Shown piece after piece: positions 7,791 through 17,793 of a stretch of 52,456 nt of DNA (the first letter of the stretch is position 1; each line of letters begins with the position of its first letter). The notes below the pieces were generated by a model. That model had not been told where the DNA came from, did no database searches, and was given only the letters and a program-made list of their open reading frames with translations. The position numbers were made by a program, and so were the translations under genes. The DNA is from an uncultured Chitinophagaceae bacterium (GTDB taxonomy: Bacteria > Bacteroidota > Bacteroidia > Chitinophagales > LD1), in the NCBI GenBank assembly GCA_964650845.1, contig CAZYXR010000005.1:1-52456 (forward strand), read 5' to 3'.

Positions 7791-10079
7791 CTAAAATAAA
7801 TTTGCTCTTAATGTTGCAAATCCATTTTCGGATGACACTTTTACCAAATACGCCCCCGAGCTGTATTGTGTCAGGTCAATAGTTTTCAAGTTCAATCCTT
7901 GCGTTGTGTGCCATTGTTCGGCAAGAATTAAACCGCCCATCGCATTAAAAATTTCAATCCTAATAGAACTGTCATTTTCGTTGTTATAGCTTATCGAAAA
8001 TGTTCCATTGGAAGGATTAGGAAACAAAATGCAGTCCAACTTTTCTCCACTTTGATTTCTAATGCTCGATGGATACTCGGCAAGCACTTTTTGCAATGCG
8101 GCATAAGCATTGATTTTGCCGAAGCCCCAATTGTTGTTTCCACCTGTCGAAATTGCGCCTGTATGCGCATCTTTTATTGCGGTAGTTGTAACAATTTCTT
8201 TCACCTGAGCAGGTGTTAAACTCGGGTTTGCCTGCAATAGTAAAGCTACAATTCCTGATGCCGCAGGTGCTGAAGCCGAGGTGCCGGTAAACTCACCGTA
8301 ATAAAATGTTTTATTAAGTGCCGAATCGAAGTATGAATTTACTGTACTTGAGCTTTTAGATCCTGTTGGCGTGTAAGCAGTATCATAAGAACTTACTGCG
8401 GTTGCAACCGTCAATCCGGGAGCTGTAATATCTGGCTTTACTGTATTATTGGTCAATGGTCCACGGCTCGAAAAAGGCACTAACTTTCCTTCGCCTACAT
8501 AGCCTGAATACGACCACGGATTGCCATTGATGTCAGAAAAATTGACTTTAGAGGCATAAGCACCAACTAACAAAACAGATTCGCCAGAACCTATATCACT
8601 TACTGTGGTTGCAGTATTACCTTTTACAGCCCAAGCTTCGCCCAAATTCTCAAATGAACTTTGAAAACCTTTTGTATATCCATAGTAATAGTATTCGTTC
8701 CAAGCGTGTATAGTGCTGCCTGCACCTCCTTTTATGGATACACCAACCGAATCTGAAGATTTATTGTAGATGTCTATTGTAAGGCGTGGCTTACCGTTAT
8801 GTTCGGAAGTAGAAGAAATAAACTGCACAAAGCATGTGTCTGTACCATCCTCGTTTATCAATATTCGGTTATGAATGTTATCATCTATGCAAATAAAATT
8901 GGTACTACTGCCTTCAATCAAATTTTTGTAAAGTGCAACATTGCCACAAAACACTTGTCCTGGTTCACCCCAAACATCTATCCATGTTCTTTTGTAGTCG
9001 GGCTTACTAAAAGCAAGAAATGTTGACACAACAGTATCGTTTAGTGCAAATGTTTTTGAAAGATGAATTCGCTCTTCACCTTCATTGCCTGCGCTCATCA
9101 CCAATATTTTACCAGCACCGGTAAGATTGGCGCAAGCCTCGTTAAAAAGTGTGCTACCATCGTGCGGGCCCGATTGCGAACCCCAGCTAATATTTATCAC
9201 GCAAGGTTTTCCTACAGATGCAGCGTAGGAGAAAATGTAATTAATGCCATCTAAAAAATCGGTAAAACTTCCTTGCAGCCATTGCTGCGAAATATCATCG
9301 CGTCTTACACCCACAAATACCATATCCGACTCATAAGCCATTCCTCTAAAACGCTTGTTCAGCGAAGCTGTATCGCTCATGTAACCCGAGCCTGCTGCCA
9401 TACCTGCAACTGCGGCACCATGAGTTTGTTTTGCATTATCAGTGCCTTGAGCTTTTATTAGATTAGTATCAGTAATTTCATAACCATAAGAAAAGCCCGC
9501 TGGCGGAGTTCCTTGGCTGCCCACCTCCCACACACGTTTTACTCTAAAGTTAGCGTGAAGTGTATCATAAAAAGTTGGATGATTATAGTCGAACCCAAAA
9601 TCAATAACTCCTACAATTACGCCCTCTCCAGTATATGGCATTGGCAAATTGATTCCTGCATGAACCGAATCGGTGCGTGTGGTTTGGCGAGCTTTTTCAA
9701 GTGCTGGCGATAATGGCTCATCCATTTGAATATACAACACACTACTAAGTTCAGTCATTTCTCTCATCTTGTTGAATGGCAAATGAACCGTCCATACATT
9801 GCCGGCTTTAGTACCAACTTTTGCATCAATGTTGTTCAACTGTTTTGCGGCCAAAACTGGCTCTACAACCTTTATCAATGCACTTACAAATGGTGTGCCG
9901 TTGATTTGATATTTATACAAAAACCCATCGGGGGCAACACCTTTTTCTTTTACATTCAATATCGCGTGCACAAACTTTTTTGTTAGTGGCGAAAGTTTTG
10001 GCTTTGCTTCATTGCTATTTTGCGAAAACATTGACAATGCTACAACAGCACACAGAGAGAACAAGAAATACTTTTTCAT
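7791..10079 (-). CDS. S8-family (subtilisin-like) serine peptidase with T9SS type A CTD
   Basis: The catalytic triad blocks are VGVIDFGFD (Asp), HGAAVAGMAAG (His) and GTSASAPAASGIVALLLQ (Ser). The protein has a signal peptide, and its C-terminus FPNPSNGTFSI...GAYLVKVSS is a T9SS CTD. Confidence 0.9.
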   Translation of the reverse strand: MKKYFLFSLCAVVALSMFSQNSNEAKPKLSPLTKKFVHAILNVKEKGVAPDGFLYKYQINGTPFVSALIKVVEPVLAAKQLNNIDAKVGTKAGNVWTVHLPFNKMREMTELSSVLYIQMDEPLSPALEKARQTTRTDSVHAGINLPMPYTGEGVIVGVIDFGFDYNHPTFYDTLHANFRVKRVWEVGSQGTPPAGFSYGYEITDTNLIKAQGTDNAKQTHGAAVAGMAAGSGYMSDTASLNKRFRGMAYESDMVFVGVRRDDISQQWLQGSFTDFLDGINYIFSYAASVGKPCVINISWGSQSGPHDGSTLFNEACANLTGAGKILVMSAGNEGEERIHLSKTFALNDTVVSTFLAFSKPDYKRTWIDVWGEPGQVFCGNVALYKNLIEGSSTNFICIDDNIHNRILINEDGTDTCFVQFISSTSEHNGKPRLTIDIYNKSSDSVGVSIKGGAGSTIHAWNEYYYYGYTKGFQSSFENLGEAWAVKGNTATTVSDIGSGESVLLVGAYASKVNFSDINGNPWSYSGYVGEGKLVPFSSRGPLTNNTVKPDITAPGLTVATAVSSYDTAYTPTGSKSSSTVNSYFDSALNKTFYYGEFTGTSASAPAASGIVALLLQANPSLTPAQVKEIVTTTAIKDAHTGAISTGGNNNWGFGKINAYAALQKVLAEYPSSIRNQSGEKLDCILFPNPSNGTFSISYNNENDSSIRIEIFNAMGGLILAEQWHTTQGLNLKTIDLTQYSSGAYLVKVSSENGFATLRANLF

Positions 10080-10152
10080 AGCAACAAAGTAAACATAGAA
10101 TATGAATAATTGACGTTCATTTTCTGTATCGCCATTTCAAGCCACAACATCG

Positions 10153-10195
10153 AAAAAAACAAAAGAGGCTGCATCTTTCGATACAGCCTCTTTTC
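10153..10195 (-). terminator. rho-independent terminator after the giant adhesin gene
   Basis: On the minus strand the stem AAGAGGCTG...CAGCCTCTT is followed by TTGTTTTTTT. It lies 21 nt downstream of the stop at 10216. Confidence 0.65.
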
Positions 10196-10215
10196 TTAAA
10201 ATTTGAAGGTATGTA

Positions 10216-13200
10216 TTAACGTGTTACTGCTATTGTGCCTGTTACACGTTTCTCCACACCATTAAAGTATTTCAAGTTTACTGTATAAACATAGGTATCC
10301 ATTTGAACTTGGCTTCCTTTAAATGTTCCATCCCATCCGTCTTTGAATCCAAATCCGTTTTTCTGAGCAGCATTTTCGTAGATAAGACTACCCCAACGGT
10401 CAAATATTTGAACATGACCAGTAGTTACACCCAATATTGCAAACTCAAAGAAGTCATTCAAGTTATCACCATTAGGCGAGAATGCCGTAGGGAAGAACTC
10501 AGAAGGCTGTGTTTTAACTTCAATTCTTATTGTGTCGGTAGCGGTACAAGAATCTGCATTCATTACTGTTACAACAAAAGTAGTAGTAACATCTGGTGCT
10601 ACTGTTGGAGTAAGACAGTTGGTAGAATCTGCACATCCAGAGAAGTTGAATGTTCCCAACATACTGCTCCAATAAACTCTTGTAATAGTTGTATCAGATA
10701 CAACCTCGGCAGTAAGCTGTGCTTCCATACCACTCAATATCAATTCTTTATCAGCCACCAAATCAACAGTTAGCGTTGTAGGTACCGGAATAGTGAAAGA
10801 ATTGATGCCTTCGCAACCATTTGCATCACGCACAAACACTACATAAGTACCAGGCAACAAGCCTGTGTAAGTGTTACTTGCTTGTGTAGTACCATTCAAC
10901 TGATAAGTAAATGGCGCTGCACCTCCAGTAGTATTCACAACAACAATACCTGAACCAATGTTTGCACATTTTGAACCGGTAACATTTACATCTACTACCA
11001 AAGGATTTGGTGAAGTTACAGTTCTGGTTTCTGCCAAAGTGCAACCTTTGCTATCGGTAATAGTTACAGAGTAAACACCCGCACCCAAGCCCGAGGCGGT
11101 ATTACTGGTTTGTACTGGAGTAGTGCTCCAAGTATATGTATATGGCACATCGCCACCTGTTACATCTACAGAGATAATACCAGTAGTAGCACCATTACAA
11201 GTTGGATTAACAACCGCTACATCTGCAAACAATTGTTTTGCTTCTTCAACTTCATAAACACCAACATAAGTACATCCAAGTGCATCAGTAATAGTAACAC
11301 GATATGTACCAGCGGCTACGCCAGAAACATCTTCGGTTGTTGCTCCTGTGCTCCAAACGTATGTATAGTTGCCGTTTGCACCCGAAACAGTTAAATCTAT
11401 AACTCCGTCTGTTTTTCCGCTACACGAAGCATTTGTAATACTATCAGCAACACTGAATGGTAATGGCTCGGTGATATAGATAGAGTCGCGAGTTGAACAA
11501 CCATTAAAGTCGGTTACTATTGAAATGTAGCTACCTGCCGGAACATTGGCCAATGTAGAATCTCCATTAAATGTATTCCACAAATAAGTATATGGATATA
11601 CACCGCCCGTTACAACAGCCGAAACTTCACCGGTTCCAGCACCTGGACAAGTAACATTAGTGGCTGCAAAAGTTAGTTTCAACGAATCTGGTTCATAAAC
11701 AAAATACGTAGCATCTACTGTGCAACCATTACCGTCTGTAACAGTTACAACATAGTTACCACCCGAAAGATTACCCAAGTCTTCTGTTACTACCGAATCT
11801 TTACTCCACACAAAGAAGTAAGGCAATGTTCCGCCATAAGCGGTAATATCCAAGAACCCATCTTCGTAACCTGCGCATTTTACATTTTTAATAAAGCCTG
11901 TTGTGTACAATGGAAGTGGTTGGCCCATAAGCAAAGTATCTACTTTGCTACAATTGCGGGTATCTGTAATAGTAAGGTAATAAGTACCCGAACCAACACC
12001 AATCAAATCCTCGTTGAATGTACCATTGCTCCACGCATAAGTATAAGGAGGTACCCCACCTGATGGAATCGCGTCAATGTGTCCATCCATATCACCTGAG
12101 CATTTAGGTGTTTTTACAAAGTAGTTTACAATTATTGGTGATGGATTTACAATTTCATACGAAGCGGTAGCTGTACATCCATTAGCATCAGTAACAGACA
12201 ACACATAAATACCTTGACCCAAACCAGATAAATCTTGCGTAGTATCGCTTGTACTCCAATTATAAGAATATCCGGCAGTACCTCCTGTTACACTCGCATC
12301 AATAACTCCATCGGCAGAACCGAAACATGAAATTTGCACAACTGTTGCGGAAATAGCAATTGCTGCCGGTTCAAAAATCACCACACTATCTCTGTGTTGG
12401 CAACCTTTAGCATCTGTTACTATGACGTAATATGTATTACCACTCAACCCAGCAACCGAAGCTGCACCACCAAAATTGCTCCACAAATAGTTATAAGGAG
12501 CTGAGCCGCCTACAACTGCGATTGATGCGGTTCCATTTGCTGCACCATTGCAAGTTACATCAGTATGCGTGATTGTAGACGAAATAGGAGCCGGCTCAGA
12601 TATTGAGAATGATTGTGTAGCTGAACATCCATTATTGTCTGTTATTGTAACATCATAAATTCCACCAGGAATATCCGTCAAATCTTGTGTTGTATCGCCA
12701 CCATTCCAGCTATATGAATATGGCAACACACCTCCGCTCACAGTCAAATCTATCAAACCATTAGCATAACCACTACAAGTAACATCAAAAATAGAAGAGT
12801 TAATTGTCAACTCCGCTGGTTGTGTTACAGTAGTTGAAGCAGTAGATGAACAACCATTTACATCGGTAATAGTAACAGAATAAAATCCTACCGGAACACC
12901 AGTCAACACCGAATCGGTTGCGCCTGTATTCCACAAGTATGTATATGGTGGAGTACCTCCCCCTGCAGTTGTAGAAATTGTTCCTGTTGAATCACCAAAG
13001 CAAAGGACATTAGTTACATTTAACGCCAAAGAGTAAACTGGTGGCTCGGTAAGGGTAACAGTTCCGCTAATTGAACAACCATTCGCATCTGTAACTATTA
13101 CTGTATAAAGCCCACCACCAACACCGGTTAATGAAGATGCGGTATCTCCGTTGCTCCAAAAATAAGTATATGGAGCCACACCGCCACCAACAGTACTTGT

Positions 13201-15969
13201 TACAGTACCATTTTTAGCACCATTACAAATAATATTCGTTCCAGCTAAAGCAAGTGTAAGTGAAGATGGTTCATTTACAACTTGAGTTAGTGTTTTAACG
13301 CAGCCGTTAGCATCTTCGACTGTAACAGAATAAGTACCTGCTACAACATTCACTAAATCTTCTAGCAAATGACCATTACTCCAATTGAAGCTATATGGTG
13401 GTGTTCCACCGCTTACAGTAATATCAACTGTTCCATCAGCTCCAGCGTTACATTTTACATCGGTAGATGCAGCTAAAACAACAAACATTTCAGGAGCTTG
13501 GGTAACTGTTACAGATAGTGAATCGCGGCAACCTCTTGTATCTACTACTGTTAAACTATAGTTACCTGCAGCAACGCCAACAATATCATCAGTAGCTCCA
13601 CCATTGTTCCAGGTGTATGTATAGCCAGGTGTGCCACCTGTTGTAGTTGTGTATACGGCAGCATCGGTGCCACCAAAACATCCTGCATTTACAGTAGAGT
13701 CTAAAACCGTAAGCAATTGAGTTGGCTCTAATATATCAACACTTTGAATAACAGGGCAACCCTTAGCGTCAATAACTTTTACTAAATAGTTACCACCTGC
13801 CAATCCAGTGAAAGTTGGTGAAAACTGATAAGTTAAACCTCCATTTATTGAATATTGGTAAGGTTGAATGCCTCCTGCAACTTGTATTGTAACCGATCCA
13901 TCATTTCCGCCAAAACAAGCTACATCGGTTTGATTTCCTATTGAAGTAGAAACCACATAAGAATTATTGATAGTAACTGTAGAAGTAGCTGTGCAACCAT
14001 TTCCGTCTTGCACAAGAACTGTGTAGGTATTTGCAGCTAAACCACTAAAATTTGCGCCAGGTTGCAACGACCCTCCATTCAATGAATATTGATAACTACC
14101 TACTCCACCACTTGCCGAAACCCCTATCGTACCATCAAAAACTCCTGCACAACTTGCATCCTGCGTAACTGTTGTAAAATTGATTTGTGTTGGTTGCGTA
14201 ATCACCACTGGGTTGCCGCTATACACTGCTACACAACCTAATGCATCTTTTACCGTCACGAAATAACTGGCTGCAGTTAATCCATTGAAAACATTTGAAG
14301 TTTGGTAAGTTGTACCGTTATCTATAGAGTACTCGAATGGCGCTGTTCCACCAGAAGCAGTAACTGTAATTGAACCAGTGTTACCCCCAAAACACAATAC
14401 ATTAGTTGAGTTTACCCCGCTAATGTTGATTGCCGGAGAAATAGTAACAATAGAACCACTTAAGAATCCAGATGTTCTTGAACAAGAATTGGCATCAACA
14501 ATTTGCGACAATGTAAAAGTGGTTGGACTGGCAGGCACATTCAGCATGATGGTATCTCCATTTATCTTACCATTTCTCGATTCGTTTATTGCGCCATTAA
14601 ACACTTGAACATTAAATGGTGCTTGACCAGAATTAAAGTTTAAGGTAAGCACTATTTGGCTGCCAGCACAAACGGATTGATTTGCTGGCGACAAACCGCC
14701 ATTAGGCAAAGCAACCACATTCACCAAAATTGTATTTGACACAGTGGTAGTGTTACACTTGTCCGTTACTCTTCTTCTTACATAGAAAGTGCCAGTTGTA
14801 TTTAACACTCCATGATTATAAGTAGGAGTGGATACACCAGTTGGAGTAAATGTGCTGTTATCAGAAGAATATTCCCAATTATAAGTTAATGTTCCGCCAT
14901 TGCTTTGCGCTGATGTGCCGCCACTTGCAGCTGTTACATCCGTAAATGTTCCCGGATTTGAACCAACACAAAGGTTAGCTCCGTTAGTAAAGCCACCAAT
15001 AGAACCTGCACTTAGAGCAGGGCTGGCAACTGGCGTAAAGGTGATATTTGTATTTTCAGGATCACAAAGACCTACTAAACGAATTTCAACTAAATCATTT
15101 GCTCCTAATACGTAAGTACCCAAAGCAACATTCGATACTGGGGCGTTCGCATTGTATATCTGTGAGCCATTTATATAAACACGAACTGCATCATCGGCAC
15201 TTACAACATTTATTGCATAGGCTGAGCAAGTAAAACCTCTTCTTCTCGCTCTGATAGTAAATTTATCATTTGATACTTCGCAACCAGACCAGCCTGGGGC
15301 AGAAGATGGAGAAGCGGTTACAGCCCATTGACTGGCTGTATTAAAATTTATTCCAGAAGCAGAATAATATCCATATCTGGCATTCGCTGCACTACCGGCT
15401 AAAGAAATGTCTGTGGTAGCAAAAGCGTCAACATTCCATGCATTTACTCCTTCTCCCGGATCTGCTTGTACAGGGCACGTTTTATATTGAAGAAGTGCTG
15501 AGTTTTGGCCAGCAACCCAATCTTCACACGTAGTCGTGAAAGTTTTGGTATTTATTCTTACCGTACCTGTATAGGTAGCTAACCACTCGGTTGAAGAAGG
15601 GCGCGGATTCACCGCAGGACAAACACCACCAGTCCAAGGATTAGACAATGGCGTCAAGTTGTCGTTGTATGTCAACACTCCAGAGGTAGATGACAAAGTC
15701 ATATCCATATTATTGCCATTGCTGTACTGTTGATTTGGATTTGTGTAGCGGAACGAATAAAAATTCCCGGCTACAACATTGAAATCAACGTAAGTTCCAC
15801 TACCAACAGACAGTGGTGCACTCCAAGTTGAAGTTGGTGTTAGCGGACCACCACCTTCTGGAAATGAACTTGTACCACATTGTGCCGAAGTCTTTACAGA
15901 CAGGAACGTTGCCAATAGGCAAAGAAAAACCAACAACGATTTTTGACGTAGAAAAGATGCCATAATCAA
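10216..15969 (-). CDS. giant cell-surface protein with 16 SprB-type repeats and a T9SS type B (gliding-motility-associated, CHU_C) C-terminal domain
   Basis: The protein is 1917 aa with a signal peptide. It carries 16 tandem ~75-aa units of the form C(F/N)G..(D/N)G.I...V.GG..PY.Y.W......(T/D)..GL.AG.Y.V.V.D.NGC. The C-terminus FFPTAFSPNGDNLNDFFEF...DRWGSLIYE is the type B sorting domain. Confidence 0.9.
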   Translation of the reverse strand: MIMASFLRQKSLLVFLCLLATFLSVKTSAQCGTSSFPEGGGPLTPTSTWSAPLSVGSGTYVDFNVVAGNFYSFRYTNPNQQYSNGNNMDMTLSSTSGVLTYNDNLTPLSNPWTGGVCPAVNPRPSSTEWLATYTGTVRINTKTFTTTCEDWVAGQNSALLQYKTCPVQADPGEGVNAWNVDAFATTDISLAGSAANARYGYYSASGINFNTASQWAVTASPSSAPGWSGCEVSNDKFTIRARRRGFTCSAYAINVVSADDAVRVYINGSQIYNANAPVSNVALGTYVLGANDLVEIRLVGLCDPENTNITFTPVASPALSAGSIGGFTNGANLCVGSNPGTFTDVTAASGGTSAQSNGGTLTYNWEYSSDNSTFTPTGVSTPTYNHGVLNTTGTFYVRRRVTDKCNTTTVSNTILVNVVALPNGGLSPANQSVCAGSQIVLTLNFNSGQAPFNVQVFNGAINESRNGKINGDTIMLNVPASPTTFTLSQIVDANSCSRTSGFLSGSIVTISPAINISGVNSTNVLCFGGNTGSITVTASGGTAPFEYSIDNGTTYQTSNVFNGLTAASYFVTVKDALGCVAVYSGNPVVITQPTQINFTTVTQDASCAGVFDGTIGVSASGGVGSYQYSLNGGSLQPGANFSGLAANTYTVLVQDGNGCTATSTVTINNSYVVSTSIGNQTDVACFGGNDGSVTIQVAGGIQPYQYSINGGLTYQFSPTFTGLAGGNYLVKVIDAKGCPVIQSVDILEPTQLLTVLDSTVNAGCFGGTDAAVYTTTTGGTPGYTYTWNNGGATDDIVGVAAGNYSLTVVDTRGCRDSLSVTVTQAPEMFVVLAASTDVKCNAGADGTVDITVSGGTPPYSFNWSNGHLLEDLVNVVAGTYSVTVEDANGCVKTLTQVVNEPSSLTLALAGTNIICNGAKNGTVTSTVGGGVAPYTYFWSNGDTASSLTGVGGGLYTVIVTDANGCSISGTVTLTEPPVYSLALNVTNVLCFGDSTGTISTTAGGGTPPYTYLWNTGATDSVLTGVPVGFYSVTITDVNGCSSTASTTVTQPAELTINSSIFDVTCSGYANGLIDLTVSGGVLPYSYSWNGGDTTQDLTDIPGGIYDVTITDNNGCSATQSFSISEPAPISSTITHTDVTCNGAANGTASIAVVGGSAPYNYLWSNFGGAASVAGLSGNTYYVIVTDAKGCQHRDSVVIFEPAAIAISATVVQISCFGSADGVIDASVTGGTAGYSYNWSTSDTTQDLSGLGQGIYVLSVTDANGCTATASYEIVNPSPIIVNYFVKTPKCSGDMDGHIDAIPSGGVPPYTYAWSNGTFNEDLIGVGSGTYYLTITDTRNCSKVDTLLMGQPLPLYTTGFIKNVKCAGYEDGFLDITAYGGTLPYFFVWSKDSVVTEDLGNLSGGNYVVTVTDGNGCTVDATYFVYEPDSLKLTFAATNVTCPGAGTGEVSAVVTGGVYPYTYLWNTFNGDSTLANVPAGSYISIVTDFNGCSTRDSIYITEPLPFSVADSITNASCSGKTDGVIDLTVSGANGNYTYVWSTGATTEDVSGVAAGTYRVTITDALGCTYVGVYEVEEAKQLFADVAVVNPTCNGATTGIISVDVTGGDVPYTYTWSTTPVQTSNTASGLGAGVYSVTITDSKGCTLAETRTVTSPNPLVVDVNVTGSKCANIGSGIVVVNTTGGAAPFTYQLNGTTQASNTYTGLLPGTYVVFVRDANGCEGINSFTIPVPTTLTVDLVADKELILSGMEAQLTAEVVSDTTITRVYWSSMLGTFNFSGCADSTNCLTPTVAPDVTTTFVVTVMNADSCTATDTIRIEVKTQPSEFFPTAFSPNGDNLNDFFEFAILGVTTGHVQIFDRWGSLIYENAAQKNGFGFKDGWDGTFKGSQVQMDTYVYTVNLKYFNGVEKRVTGTIAVTR
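10790..14410 (-). repeat. coding tandem repeat array (16 diverged SprB repeats, ~225 nt each)
   Basis: I counted the GG..PY.Y motifs in the translation. The copies are diverged at the nucleotide level, and the boundaries are approximate (+/- 50 nt). Confidence 0.7.
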
Positions 15970-16133
15970 TGAAAAATGTCTAATTAAATTTTAAATCAGA
16001 AGCCCCGAAAATATGATTTTAGTCAAATATTCAAGAAAAAAATAAAAAAAGTTCGGAGCAGAGACGTTGAATTTCAACATTTTGGTTGCAAAACACTGAC
16101 CTTTATCAATCTTTTACCTTATTGCAGTAAGCT

Positions 16134-16760
16134 TCAAATGCGTATAAAGCATTGAGTTACCTTAGCAAAATGATATTTCTCTCTTGTGCTAAACTCCCAC
16201 AAGGCGGCACAACCTGTGTGGGTAAAATTTTTGTTCATCAAATTTTGTCGATGTCCTTCTGATTTATAAAAATCATCCATTATATTCTGTGCAAGTGCAA
16301 GGTAAGTAGTTTCATTGGGAACAAAAGGAAATCGATGGATGTTTTCTGCCATCAAAACATTACTTATTCCAAACATTTTCATGCGACCGTCAGGTGCGCG
16401 AAGTTCTATATTTTTTGAATTGATGTGACTGTAAAACTGCCTTTCCACCATTTCGTTTGAATGTACCAAAGCAGCGTTGCGCAACGATTCGGAATAGGCA
16501 AGTGGTGCAACTTTTTTCGACTGGCGAATTTTATTTGATGCAAAAAACAAACTGGCATTCATCAAGTGTACATCAAACTTATCTATCTGAACTAACTCGT
16601 TTGGTTCAGGCAACTTTTCAAACGATTGCCAATCATGCTTGGCATAAACTTCGGCTTTGAAAAAACTTTTAGTTGCAAAACCGTCAATTTTACTCAGATA
16701 AACTTCCGGATTTATTGGCAACCATAAAAAAGACACCAAGAAGACAGCAAATAACTTCAT
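16134..16760 (-). CDS. CAP/SCP/PR-1-like (YkwD-type) domain protein, secreted
   Basis: LRNAALVHSNEMVERQFYSHIN and GHRQNLMNKNFTHTGCA are typical CAP-domain blocks. The start is taken at MKLFAVFLVSFLW (signal peptide). Confidence 0.75.
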   Translation of the reverse strand: MKLFAVFLVSFLWLPINPEVYLSKIDGFATKSFFKAEVYAKHDWQSFEKLPEPNELVQIDKFDVHLMNASLFFASNKIRQSKKVAPLAYSESLRNAALVHSNEMVERQFYSHINSKNIELRAPDGRMKMFGISNVLMAENIHRFPFVPNETTYLALAQNIMDDFYKSEGHRQNLMNKNFTHTGCAALWEFSTREKYHFAKVTQCFIRI

Positions 16761-16934
16761 ACAATCACAAAATATTTCGCTCAAAGATTATGTGCATTAT
16801 CAAACGTTTAAACACTCGAAAAATTTCATCAAGATGAAGAATACATAGAAGAAGGATAGCCTAAGAGTCTATTCTGAAAACTTTTTGCGCAATGTAATTA
16901 GCAGCGTTTACATTCGCGCTCTCAACTATCCTTT

Positions 16935-17714
16935 GTGGAAACAATAATTGAATTCCTTCATCAATACTTGGGGCACGATTTGAATGCCGCAGGATTGGTA
17001 ATTCTAAATCTGATACTTATTGAAAGCTTGTTAAGCATTGACAATGCAGCTGTGTTGGCAACAATGGTAATGGATTTGCCCGATGAAAAACAACGCAGAA
17101 AAGCATTGAAAATTGGGTTGATATTAGCTTATGTTTTCAGGGGCACAGCTTTGTTGTTTGCAAGTTGGCTTATCAAGATAAATGTACTAAAACTACTGGG
17201 CGGTGGCTATCTATTGTATTTGAGCCTTGCATATTTCTACAAGCATTTTAGCAAGAAAGAAAACATTTTGCAGATAGAGAACGAGGAGTTGCAACAAGAA
17301 GTGAAACATCCGAAGAAGATTTTTGGACTATCGCTATTTTGGAGTGTGGTATTGCAAGTAGAAGTGATGGATTTAACCTTCTCGTTGGATAATGTTTTTG
17401 CAGCAGTTGCTTTTACCAACAATATCTATTTAGTGTGTTTAGGTGTGTTTATTGGCATTATCACCATGCGGATTGTAGCTGGGTATTTTGTTTCGCTAAT
17501 GGAGCGTTTTCCATTCCTAGATATGGTTGCTTTTGGTATTATCGGATTGTTAGGATTAAAACTGTGTTTATCTTTTGCCTGCCATTACTTTAGCGAATCG
17601 GCTTTTTGCCACATTATGGAAAGCGAAAGAGCAGACCTCTACTTTTCATTAACTACTGTAGCATTGTTTGTGCTGCCTATTTTAGTTTCGCTTATACTTA
17701 AGCGTAAGCAGTAA
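16935..17714 (+). CDS. TerC/Alx-family integral membrane protein
   Basis: The motif ESLLSIDNAAVLA and its second-half counterpart TFSLDNVFAAVA form the duplicated TerC signature. The protein is polytopic and starts with GTG. Confidence 0.7.
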   Translation: METIIEFLHQYLGHDLNAAGLVILNLILIESLLSIDNAAVLATMVMDLPDEKQRRKALKIGLILAYVFRGTALLFASWLIKINVLKLLGGGYLLYLSLAYFYKHFSKKENILQIENEELQQEVKHPKKIFGLSLFWSVVLQVEVMDLTFSLDNVFAAVAFTNNIYLVCLGVFIGIITMRIVAGYFVSLMERFPFLDMVAFGIIGLLGLKLCLSFACHYFSESAFCHIMESERADLYFSLTTVALFVLPILVSLILKRKQ

Positions 17715-17775
17715 AATTTCGCCACCCTTTCTTTTGTAATATTTACTTTTTTCAACTGATAATGGTTTAGAAAAC

Positions 17776-17783
17776 CATATTTG
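17776..17783 (+). promoter_or_regulatory. candidate Bacteroidota -7 box (CATATTTG, 7/8 match to TAnnTTTG) for the tailoring operon
   Basis: It ends 10 nt upstream of the ATG at 17794. This is a motif match only. Confidence 0.3.
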
Positions 17784-17793
17784 CGAAAGCATT

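Noticed and set aside
10790-14410. Regular ~225-nt periodicity that might be mistaken for a CRISPR-like or satellite array
   Set aside because: The periodicity is entirely coding (16 SprB repeats in one open frame). The copies are diverged at DNA level, and there is no repeat-spacer structure.
16785-16934. Possible yybP-ykoY (Mn2+) riboswitch upstream of the TerC/Alx-like gene
   Set aside because: TerC/Alx genes often carry this leader. I could not find the conserved GGGGAGUAG or GAGACA-type cores, or a convincing four-way junction, in the 150-nt spacer. A covariance-model search (Rfam RF00080) would settle it.
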